DNA from: Ascidiella aspersa | Lineage: Eukaryota | Length of the DNA stretch: 64,000 nucleotides | Direction of reading: 5' to 3' | NCBI GenBank assembly: GCA_963924565.1 | Contig: OZ004612.1 | Location: 7,998,001-8,062,000, forward strand | Part shown: positions 23,601 through 34,752 of the stretch, in pieces | Layout of the letters: every line of letters starts with the position of its first letter | How positions within the stretch are numbered: the first letter of the stretch is position 1 | Notes under the pieces: model-generated | Databases searched by the model: none | Told to the model about the DNA's origin: nothing | The model's input: only the letters and a program-made list of their open reading frames with translations | Program-made: the position numbers and the translations under genes

Positions 23601-26600
23601 GAGATATATCAACTAATCAAATAACAAAATCTCATATAACAAAGTGATTGCTTCACGTACGCAAATTGGGATGAATAATGCAATTTTATTAAAACAAATT
23701 TAAAGAAAACTCTTAATTTAAACCCGAAGTTATTTGGCACAATGAAAGTCCAAATCAATTCATATTTCGAAAAGACTTAGGCTAAGTCAAGGTATGTCAA
23801 GTCATTTGAAAACATCGACTTAAGTGCACTTAAGTCGAGTGAGTAAATGAATTAAGTCATTGCAACACTGGTGGAGCGTCATAACTTGAAAACGCACATC
23901 ATAAAACGCACTTTTGGCTATCACATTAGATTACCGCGTATGAAGTGATGTTCTTGTTTGTCGATGATTTATTAAAAGCCACAACACAGGGCTGCTGTGA
24001 CTTGACGTAGGCGTTAGTGACTGGATCAGGTTTCCCGTATCCTGTTGTGACTTTGTTGCTTGAAGTAAAGGAAAAGGAGCCGCAGCCGGTTAAAGAAGCG
24101 TTGATCTGACAAAACAAGTAACGCTTAAAAGAAAATCCCACCTGGCGAGTTAAAGCGAAATCACCTGTATTTCATATACGGTACGTTTCTTCAATCCGCC
24201 AACCGTCAAACTCGAAACTGTTTGATTAAAAGTTTTTACTAGAATGCTCTGACCATTTTGCGAAACCGAAACCTAAAAACAAATCATGTCACAGTGTGAT
24301 GTGCTATGCTTGAGGTTTTGCTTTACGCTGTACGTCATTTAAATTTTCTAAACTCTAGCAAATAGCTATAATAATGTGTGTTAGCAAATACAGTGAGAGG
24401 ACTATGCAGAAACTATAACAAAGAAAAAGTTAATATGACAGTGTAAGATACAACGTCACAATGATAAATTCTTTGGAGTCATTACACTTATGGACAGTGA
24501 TTTACTTTTATTTACACCTCTATAATACACTATAATATTTTCGCCCTGTATAGTTTTTTATCAAAAGGGTGCTTTACAATTCGAATTACAAGCTTCAAAA
24601 CGAAGTGAAACTAAATGAAAATAAAAAGCAACTATGCACGCATAATATTTTAAAATACGAAAATTTGTCATGGGCCTTACTTTTAACTGATAAATAGATC
24701 CTGTTTTCTTGGCTAGTGTAGAAATGTCGTTTGACCAGGTGACGTTAATCACAGTGGAATTACAGTCCTTCAGTATAATCCGTGTAGACACTAAACAAAA
24801 GTCAGAAAAAGCGCAGGTAGTTAACATTTGAGCCAAGTTTGTAAATACAGAGTGTATAAAAAATTGGCGCTAACAGTTCCAAATTGACCCCTATTTGTTA
24901 AACGGATCTTTTTCACTGATGAAAATGCCATCGCGGTGTGGCAAATAACAAGTTAGCAAATATAAAAATCTATCAAGCATCACCTGAAATATGATAACAT
25001 TTTACTTTTTATTTCTTCGAATTTAAAAAATGTAACATTACAGCTCTCAGATAAATTTAATCCAGTGATTCTTAACCTTTTATCGCTTATGACACCCCTT
25101 AAAAAATAAAAACTATGATTTTCAGCATCCCCACTGAAATTTTCTTTGAGTATTTTAGTAATATACTCTGAATGAAACTTTAACAGCACAAATCAACTTA
25201 TTAAATAAACACACCATGCCTTCTAAATGCGATATAACAACAAACCTAAATATCTGAGGTCATTTGTGGATTGCTTATCTCAATTTTCGCGAATGCCTAA
25301 TGTTCGGGGTCCATTGGAACACGAGGAGATGCACAAAATTACACCACTGTATGTAAACGTATTGCAATTTTATAAGGTATATAGCCTATACTTACGTGTT
25401 GGTCTTATTTCACACGAATAGTAGGCGAGTTGCCCCGAGCAATTTCTATCTTCTAGATCTTTCATTCCATACGAGAATGCTTTCTGTTTGCATTTGAAAG
25501 GGTTATTGGCAAAGTTAGCATTTTGACCATCGCTCCAAAGCCACTGTTTGGAATTGGTGTTGTATCGCGCTCCCACAAATACGCTCCTCACTATTTTAAA
25601 CGTTAACGTATTAAATGTAAAGGGTTCTGGATGCAGAAAAAAATAGTTCACTGGACGGTTGACTGAATTTCTGGGAAAATCCTTTTCCAAATCCCTATAT
25701 TATAGGCGAGAATAAAGTGCATGAATTGAAATGCGTACCTGGAACGTTAAAATTGCCACTTGATGTATTAAACCCATCGAAAAAGCGATTTACATCAGTC
25801 AATCTGCTTGAATGTGGATGGAAGCTTCTAAAGAAATTGTAAATCGTTTGGTTATCAGCAGCTTGTGATTTCCATGCAAACAAACCAAAGTCGTTAGACC
25901 ATGCTGAAAAAATATAAAATTTTGCGATGAAATTTGTTCTTAACTTTAAAAGTCGAGGTTTCTAATCATTTAATCATATAACCATAGTTGGCCGTGACGC
26001 ATTAGGTACGATTCTGGGGAAAACTGTTTCCAGTTGCACTAAACGAAACATACGATTAATCAGTAAATTACGTCACGGTTGTAAATCTCAGCAACATCTG
26101 ATAAGCAGGTTCCGAAAAGGCTTTTAAGAAAGCTTATGCAAATAAAATGGTTACATTTTAATTAGAGATATTTGCTTTTTAGACGTTCAGATTCTAAATA
26201 CAAAATTACTAATGGAAATATATTTTTTTTGCGTTAAAGTGGTGACATCAAATTCAATATAAATCGTAACTAAAGATCGATATAGGACCATAAAATAAAT
26301 TATTTGACTATAATTTCCTGTGGAGTTGTCGTAGGCCTACACTAAAGACAATTTGTGCACATGGAAAATCACGCACAATTATAGAGTAATATACGCAAAC
26401 ACTTACATTCGGAAGTTGGGCAACCGTTCTTTATTATTCCGCTTTGTGATTTTTCTCCTTGTGTCACAACCCTCCATCTTTCGCTATGATATTGGCAAAA
26501 GTAAACTGCTATCCTCTGTGCATTATCACTGAAAATTAGTTATATATCGTAGTGTTGATTATGGTGTTTTGTAATAGGAGTTAATCAGCAAAAGATACCG

Positions 26601-29399
26601 TTTTTTGACGAAAATGTTTGACATATATACAAAAGTGCAATTATGCACGTTTATTGGGAAAGATATTTAATGTAGCAGGGCAGCTCTGCTGTGCGCATGT
26701 CTGTATATGAGCAATGAACTATAGTAGATTTAAACGCACCTCAGATGCGTATAGCTTAGGATTGTTGGATCTAAAACATTTTCTCTCGCCTTATAGCCTA
26801 TTAGCCATGATTCCGTTAAGAACTACAGCCCGTCGTTTATCAACTGAATGTAACATTATAAACCAATGTATCATCGTGTTACTATACTTAACATTACGAC
26901 CGCTTCAACTTGTGACAGAAAATATGACATTCTCGTACGCTGTTTTAAATATTGTATTCTCGTACACTGTTTTGTATAGGCCTAAGACATTCTCGTACGC
27001 TGTTTGCCAATAGATGAGTGACACTCCCACCCAGGTTTTCTTAAGGTTTGGTTTGGGTGACCGCTAAGTAGTTTTAAGAGAGCGCAAGTGTTTCATTTAA
27101 ATACCAAAAAGTTGCAAGTTCGTTTAGGTCCCCCAAAACACCTTAAAAAAACACTGCTCCCACCAACTACAGTTTTACACCATGTTTAATATCCAGGTTG
27201 TTTCCTGATGTAATTTTATTGCGAGAAGGCTACCACCTTATTTTTCCGCCAAAGATTACCACGATGCAATCCGATACCAAATAAGGTCATGACTAAGCTC
27301 AAACAAGCAAAACACATAAAATAGAAACGTCATCTATTTTTCCAGATTATAAGACATTTGATTTAGCGCTACGAAATTTAGTTGACTAACGTTAATATTG
27401 CTGGTTTTTGAAAAATATAGTCTTCAAGTTATAGAAATCGCTGGCTTGGATCGCAAATCATTATGACTGGAACTCCTATATTATTTGGTATCGGGTCGGC
27501 ACCGATATGAAACTATCGAGCGAGTACCGATACCACCCCTTGGTAGCGGCTATCGGCCCCGATACGATAATATCGGACATATTCGATTATGTTGACCATT
27601 TGTTGGGTGTTTAAAAAACAGCTACGTGACCAGTTAAATGATAGATGAAGTATTTTTAATAAACTCTCACGTTTTGTACAGGTCCAAGTACCAGATTTGA
27701 TGAAGTTCTTTCGCACTCTTCCAATTGCCAGTTATCGCTGAATCCTTCGAGAATTTGTAAACTATTCTCTGTTGGGGAGGTGTGCTCTTATCAGGAAGAT
27801 AATCGTAGAAGATGTAAACTCTTTGTAGATCTTGGCAAAATCAAGCATGTACTATTTTTTATTTTAATAAAACATCTAAAACCGCATGAAAAAGTTTTTT
27901 ATTTAAAAAAGACATACTCATTTAAAATATCAGTTTTATTGGTTATTAACTTCGACAACTATGGTTTTAAAACGAAATATTAATAATGTAACGTTTTTGC
28001 ACACTTTGGACTACAGATAGACTTTATAAATAACCATTTAGCGTTGTAACGAGTGGAAGATATTATTGCATACAACATTGTACCAGTAGTAGGTCTATAA
28101 GACTCTATATCAGTGATTCTCAACCGCGGCTCTCAACTGTACATTTTTCGGCTCTCACTAACGGAGTGAAAAATTAGTTAGCAGTAGCAGAATTGCAACA
28201 AAGGAAGTAAAAGAAATTAAAAGTGAATGAATTTGATCAGCAAGGATCCCGAGTACGAAGTACTAATGTTCCCGGGTACTTCCGTCCGGCTCTTTAAAAT
28301 AATTTTGTGGTTTGTGACGTCATAATATATTTAGTCTTGATCGACAAGCTATGGCAATAAGAAACAATTATATGCCTACTGTTGTTTTTATGCGGCTCCT
28401 TGCAAACTTTATAGGTTTGAAATGCGGCTTAGGCTCTAAAAAAGGTTGAGAATCACTGATCTATGTGCTACAAATACTTACCGCCAAAAAGAGAAAGGTT
28501 ATGCGTTTCGCTTCAATTCCGTTGCCGGATCTTACCTGTATTATTGTACTTCCGCAAAATCTCCTGGTAAAACTTATCTTTGACAGCTTGATCTTTGACA
28601 ACAGCAAGTTGCCCGCCCAACAACTTGCACTCATTACTTGCCGTGTTCGCATCCACGATCGTATCAGATAAAGTGTAAATGGTATTTCCCACTGCGAACA
28701 TCGTAGGACTGCAAGCTGTAAAGTCATACAAGTGTGGTAAGAAAAAACACCTTTTAAAAAGTTGGACATATGTGAAGCTAAGTGGCTAAAGGTAGTCAAC
28801 GCAACCATTAACATCCAAAAAATGATTCTACCGCGAATAAGAAAAACCGCTATCTTATCGCTACCCATTCGAGCCGCATTTTACCGTTTAGCATCTCGTA
28901 CTGCTCATATGTATTTTTTTCCCTTCCTCCACTTATTTGCGCCGCCTACTCATTTATCCCAGTCGTGTTGCCTGCGAGGCTGTAGTGCTTTTCATTGCGT
29001 TTTTCAGTCTATTATCATGTTTTAATATTTTATTGTTTACTTTTATTGGTTGGTTGATGCCTGCGCTCTGATTTTATTCATTTGATTTATTTATTTGTAC
29101 TCTTACAGGAACTGATGATGCCACTTGGCGAAATATATTTTCCTTTAAACAAAACGTCTGATCCTGTTTTTACTCATGTTTATAACTATGAGTTTTACTT
29201 TTTAATGTGGTAAGAAGTTTGGTAAACTGTTACTTTAGGCGCCTTATAGACCTTAGTAAAAAGCTGTAACTAACTATACTTTTTTCAAACAATTTTATAT
29301 CTATGTTTATATAATGATTGTCATTAGTTGCTACTAACCTGTAGCTTGGCAAAAGCCACATAAACATATTAACGCCTCCAGAAGAATCGTAAATTGCAT
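17659..29399 (-). CDS. Receptor-type protein tyrosine phosphatase (copy A): signal peptide, 2 C-type-lectin-like domains, 2 FN3-like domains, TM, D1 (active) and D2 (degenerate) PTP domains; about 30 exons
   Basis: Exon 1 [20 protein letters not shown] (29339-29399). CTLD-like exons [15 protein letters not shown] and [35 protein letters not shown]3-like INVTWS and [43 protein letters not shown] (~22834-22901). D1 has [66 protein letters not shown]2 has [11 protein letters not shown] and [18 protein letters not shown]. Ends FDTYANYK* (TGA 17659-17661). A few D1-D2 linker exon boundaries are uncertain. Confidence 0.9.
18614..19004. mobile_element. hAT-type MITE (CAGGGCTGCGGAGTCG family) in a D2 intron of copy A
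   Basis: Ends cagggctgcggagtcgg / ccgactccgcaggcctg; perfect 8-bp TSD cacagggc (18606-18613, 19005-19012). Confidence 0.9.
21497..21859. mobile_element. hAT (Charlie-like) MITE
   Basis: TIR cagtgctcttcaacc / ggttgaagagcactg; 8-bp flanks gactaagg/gaccaaga. Confidence 0.8.
28111..28458. mobile_element. hAT (Charlie-like) MITE
   Basis: TIR cagtgattctcaacc / ggttgagaatcactg; 8-bp flanks ctctatat/atctatgt. Confidence 0.8.
29107..29144 (+). ncRNA. Minimal type I hammerhead ribozyme motif, probably in a Penelope-like LTR remnant (~28860-29200)
   Basis: aggaa-CTGATGA-t-gcca.ct.tggc-GAAA-tatatt-ttcct: stem I aggaa/ttcct, short stem II, palindromic aatatatt stem III region. Confidence 0.6.
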
Positions 29400-32300
29400 T
29401 TTGTTCCAATACTAAATATAGGCATCTAATTACTCAAACCCTATCTTTCACTACAACGTACTTTGGTTTATTAACCATTTGTCTAAACTTCTTGAACATA
29501 CAAATGGCCTTATTAAAACTTTGTGAAACATTCACTGTTGAGCTTATACGACTTGCGAACAAAGAGCAAACGTTTTAGCTTCGCTTATAGAAGTACCACT
29601 TTCCATTCCTAAGCCAAACCAAATATTTTCAGATTTGTTCCGCATTGAAATATCACAAACAGCAGTTCTGGTTACGTTCGATACATGTTAGTATGCCTAA
29701 GTTCCATCAAATACCGACAAAGAAAAACAATTGTTAACAAACTTCCTCTTAAACATAAGAAATAGTTGGTAGCCGTTAAGTTTGAAAGCCCTATGACGCT
29801 TTTAATGCATTAGAGGGAAATAGGAAGTCGCATTAATCATACAAATTCCATTACAGAATCGCACACCAGGAAGTTTTTTATACCTGACGTTTAGCAACCT
29901 TTTTCGCATGCGTCATTCTAATAGAAAGTTCTCACTGTTCAGCGATAGGCCTAGGTTAAAATTAGCCATGAAACTGTGAAAAGAATTGTGGTTGACAGTG
30001 TGCCCCAAGATTTCCTCTTAGATTTTGTCAAACAGCTACAAAGCACCTCACTTAACCGTTTAAAACTACTGGCTTATCAGACTGAACCGTGGTCGTTGTA
30101 ATCGTTATACGGGTTTGATGTTATGCCCCCCTAATATTTAGGGATTTTGTGAAGCCGTACATCAGCCAGGCTTCTGTTTTCCCAAATCTTACACTATTGT
30201 CATGAATATAAACTCTGTACTTCTGAACACAAATCAAATGGTTTACTTTAAAAATAAATTTCCAACAGTACAATCTTCTGCTTGTTCATTATCTGTCAAT
30301 TACCGCCAATTTCAAACAGGTGCACTTTTTTAAGGTTAAATGTATATTCAGTAAAGACAGAGCGGCAAAGAAGAAGATATGATTTATATATGCGAATGTA
30401 GCTCAATAGTGAATTGTTTGTGTTCTCTAAATACCTGTAAATTTTATACACACCGCTTCTAACTAATACTTTGCTATCATTACATCGAAATCCAACTTAA
30501 ACAAAACAAAGTTATTTATTCTGCTCACTTGTCGTATTAATCGGGCGAGATCGAAAAATGCAAAAGTCCACGGTCGTAGTTGTAACCCTGGGTTGTTGTT
30601 TACGCGCAATATTTACCTCTTATAACCGAGTGTTGCTTATCCAGCAGTTTATTATAATGAATCGACGTTTCGACGTCCTATACAAGAATCCAGGATAACA
30701 ACGTATCATGCAAGACAGATTCCTTACAAAGCGACAAATTGCAACAAACCACAAATTTAAACAGCAATAACGAATCGTGCGATTGCAAACTAGCACCAAC
30801 GTAGTGATAAAACAAGCTCAGTGGTGTAAAAGTGCCCGATAACTTATCGGCATTACAACATTTACCTCTTATGTTCTTAAATTATTTTAGAGCTTGGTAT
30901 GGAAAGCATGCCCGTGTGTTGGCTGCCTATTTGTTGAGCAAAACCTCTTGTTGCACAGTTCTTATCTATTATTAGCCAACACTAAACCAAAAGTTTCGAA
31001 ACCGTGGAAAGAACCTAATTATAGGAACAAAAGTAAAAGTCACTAAATATGATTGATGCCTAACTAGGGATCCTATAATGTATGGAAAACTACTTTTCAT
31101 CTTGCGAACCATAATAATCAAGTATAAATAAAGGTAAGTCTTCGAATAAAAGAAATCGTGAAATAAAGTCAAGGAAAGGGTAATTTGTTCAAAGACAAAA
31201 TACGAACAGAAAATACAAACTTAGGTTTTTGTATTCAGGCTCCAGTATTAATATATCCTTTGTACGCACTTTGGGAATGTATTGTTTTATTCTCGCTCCG
31301 AACCTAAGTCACGGATCGTTTGAAATAGACAAGGAATCAGTCGAATTATGTTAGTTTCGCGTCTTTAACTTGCTCATGAGTAAGACTCACATGCATTTTT
31401 GCATTTTCTTTATTAAATCATTCTTGGATTTTGTAGTTTCATTTCTAGTTTTTCATGGAAATATATACCCGTCTCAATAGACGGGTAAAAAATTGAAACA
31501 ATATATATTTTTTTCAATAAGGAACGCTTCACGATTTTGCGTGTCATCTTTGCGCAGTATATATGACAATCGTGGTCCGTAAATAACTGCGGCCTCTTGT
31601 GAGTCACAATAATTAAAAAGACATACTGCATTAAATTGAAATGCAGTGTTGTAAACAAGTCCTTAAGTCCAATTCAAAGGACTTAAGTCCAATTCAAGTC
31701 ATTTTGAATCTATAACAAGTCAAGTCCCAGTCAAGTCATAGTTAAAGCAAGTAAATTCCAAGTCAACTCCTTGTTATAAAAAATACACGTTAAGCAATCA
31801 AAATTAGTAAGCACGTCCTATTATGAGAAATGCATCAACTAAAAAATACCAAAAATGCTATAAACAGCAAGCAAATTGTTTTCTGTGTCAAAAATTTGAA
31901 TAAAGGTTCCAATTTTATAAAAAAAAATCTTATTGAAAACACTTCACTTCAAACCAAGTCATTTGTCTAAAAGACTTGTCAAGTCAGGTCATTTGGAAAC
32001 AATGATTTAAGTGCACTTAAGTCCATTTATTCATTAAGTCCATTCAGTGACCTAAGACATTGGAAGGGAAGTTAATTTTAAAAGCTAACCCCATTGACAT
32101 ACACGTGCGTTGTACAAAAGAGCCGCGTTAAAGCCGAACTCACAAAATGCCATTGTGGACAGCTACACAATTCGAATCGTGATATTCGAAACACCAGAGT
32201 TTGATGAGAACAAACGGGCCGAAAAACTTTCCCACTAAAGCACAATGTACTTTCTATAGACGAAACTACACAAGGCAAAATGATTAATTTCATTATACCT

Positions 32301-33641
32301 TTAAATTTACTATGCAAAAGTACACCAAACGAACAATTTCCAAGAACGATTGCCAAAAATAATTTTATAAAATTCTGAATTTTGATGTTTGTAAAAAGCC
32401 CAAGCAAAAGTAATCATCCGCGTTTGGAGTCAGTCAGCTTTTAACAATCGAAAATTTGAGTGTCGCTGATTCAAATGTTAAATATTAGCGTTTTATAGAT
32501 TGACGTATATGGTATAGATTGTGAGTTTGTGGTTACTACAGACTGGAGAGCATTGACGTGAGGTTTGCCAATTTGTTTTTTCTTTTTTGGAGAGAACATG
32601 TCCTCGTGGCCCCCTAATGCCAACCCTAAATATCACTAAGGTGTATCTCTTGAAAGTATAATAATACCCATTCAGGGGCCAACTTTCAGGATGTTTACCG
32701 CTAAAACTAACTGATAATGTATGGCTATGGCCACGTTGTGTGTGTATAGCGACGTCAAATGATGTGTTGTTTGCATTTTTTAGCCCACACATGAACTGGT
32801 GTAATAGATATTAGACTATCTGCTTGCGATCTCTATGCGATTACGGCGAGTAAGGTTTTAAATTTGTAGTTTGCCACAACGCCAATAATACGCCATTGTA
32901 TATATTTTCGCAGAATCACGATTTTCGCTCTTGATTAGTTCCGCTATTTCAGTTCAGGAAAGCGCGCACGGCTTACTATTAAATTCTCCCCTCTTAACAT
33001 TCGATATACGTTTAGGATTGAAAGGGATAAATTTTGACTTTCGTTTGGAAAACACTAAAAACGCACTCAATTGATAAAAAAACAAAATAAACTATCGATA
33101 CGGTCATGAGTAGCGCAGTTGTTTCCATGCTCACCACCTACACAAGCGACGTTTAAAATGCATGTGTATTTAAGGCGCAAACTATACTCGAGCAGTAATG
33201 CTATACCTTATGCTTAAAAGCAATAAAAAAAGGCTTGCTTCAATTTATCTTATTTAAAAAAACATTTTGGGGAGACCGTGAATACGTAAACTTACCGCAA
33301 ATACGGTCGCGGCGAATCGGTTGTTTTTACCTTCTTATTTCAACGCCGTGTTTCTTGCGACATTAACGATCCGCGTGAAACAGTTCAACTTAATCAACAT
33401 GCATTTTATGTCGCAATTATAGCAATACTTTTTAAACACAAGGTGCCGAAAAACGTCCAGAAGCAGCAGAATAACACTCGCCCCGGTAGGATCACCTGAA
33501 AGCACCGTAAAAATAGAGAAAAATGTGACATGTATACTCTCAACTTACGCTAGTCTATATGGGCAATAAAATACGGCGCACCCAGACGTGTTATTTAACA
33601 AAGTCAAATTTTAAATTAAACAGCCTATATTTATTGCCTAC

Positions 33642-34262
33642 CTGCGGAGTATATTCTTTTGTTAATGGCATTATAAACGGTTTCAGTAGGATTACCAATT
33701 TCAGAGCTATCTGTTAAGCATAAAGTATCATAGACATGGGTTGTTACAAGAGTACCATTTGAGCTAATATCTGGAAATTGAGTTGTATCTGGCGTTGTAG
33801 TGACAAGGAGGAAACAGAATCCCTTAACATGTATATTTCAACAGGTGAGACATGACCACCGTGCTATCTGACTCCACTAATTCGAAACTAAAACAAACTT
33901 TCATGTTGTTTAAAGAGCATACTGCACAAGAGCACAAGAGCGACTGCGATGGGGATTAATTGAGTCGAAATGCTGACTGGATTTGCCAGAACGGCCAGGA
34001 AAGGAAATGAGTATCGAGGTGAAATATTTAACACTTTACCAGGCGAACATGTTATAATTCCAAGCACAAACAGACATGCATCGTTCCTCTACAAACATCT
34101 GTAGAGTTTAACTTGCATCCTTGCAATTATGCGCTTGGGTCTAAAGTTGAACATATAGAACCAATAAAATTATATTAGGAATGATGATGCAACAGGTAAC
34201 ACTTGAAGTTTTTCGTCGTGGATGATCTCTAACATCGATTGCAAAACCATCGGCATAAGTAT
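33642..34262 (-). pseudogene. Decayed exons 10 and 11 of a fourth receptor paralog (relic D); duplicate at ~62530-62878 (+)
   Basis: The 62.5-kb copy reads YADGFAIDVRDHSQRE (copy A exon 10: [16 protein letters not shown]) and ag|TQAHNCEDAS*STDVKGFCILLVTT (copy A exon 11: [22 protein letters not shown]), with splice sites retained and an in-frame stop. Confidence 0.7.
33830..34093. mobile_element. Candidate solo LTR (264 bp)
   Basis: Begins TGTA, ends TACA, flanked by 4-bp duplication AACA (33826-33829, 34094-34097). Precisely absent from the duplicate at ~62690. Confidence 0.7.
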
Positions 34263-34752
34263 GTCTCAGAAAAGTGTAAATATAAATTGTGAAATAGTCC
34301 GAACAGCTATGGCGTAACTCATTAGCCTAATGTTCCACAGGGTTGCTTGTTTTAGACGCTCCACTATCACTATGAAGTGACTTTGACGTCATCTCTAAAA
34401 ATTTCATGCGTTTGGTGTTTTTTTTTGCGGGCGGACATGGTCACATTTTCCTTTTTAAAACATTCGAGATAGCAAGCCTGACAATGACGAGTATAGATAC
34501 TATTGTTCCAAAAAGTTGTCTGGCAGATTGAAACGCCTACAAGGTAACCTCAGCTACCTCCGTATCACATGGTGGCCCTTTATGATAACAATATTAATCA
34601 TACAGTGACATCAGCGTCAAAGGTAAAATGTAGAGTTGAGCTTCTTACTCTACTGATTGTACATATTATTGCTTGACTGCAACTGATAAGTGCTGCCGTG
34701 GTATACTACTGAAGCCATTTACCAGTTCGACGTTTATCTGTTTTAAGGAAAA

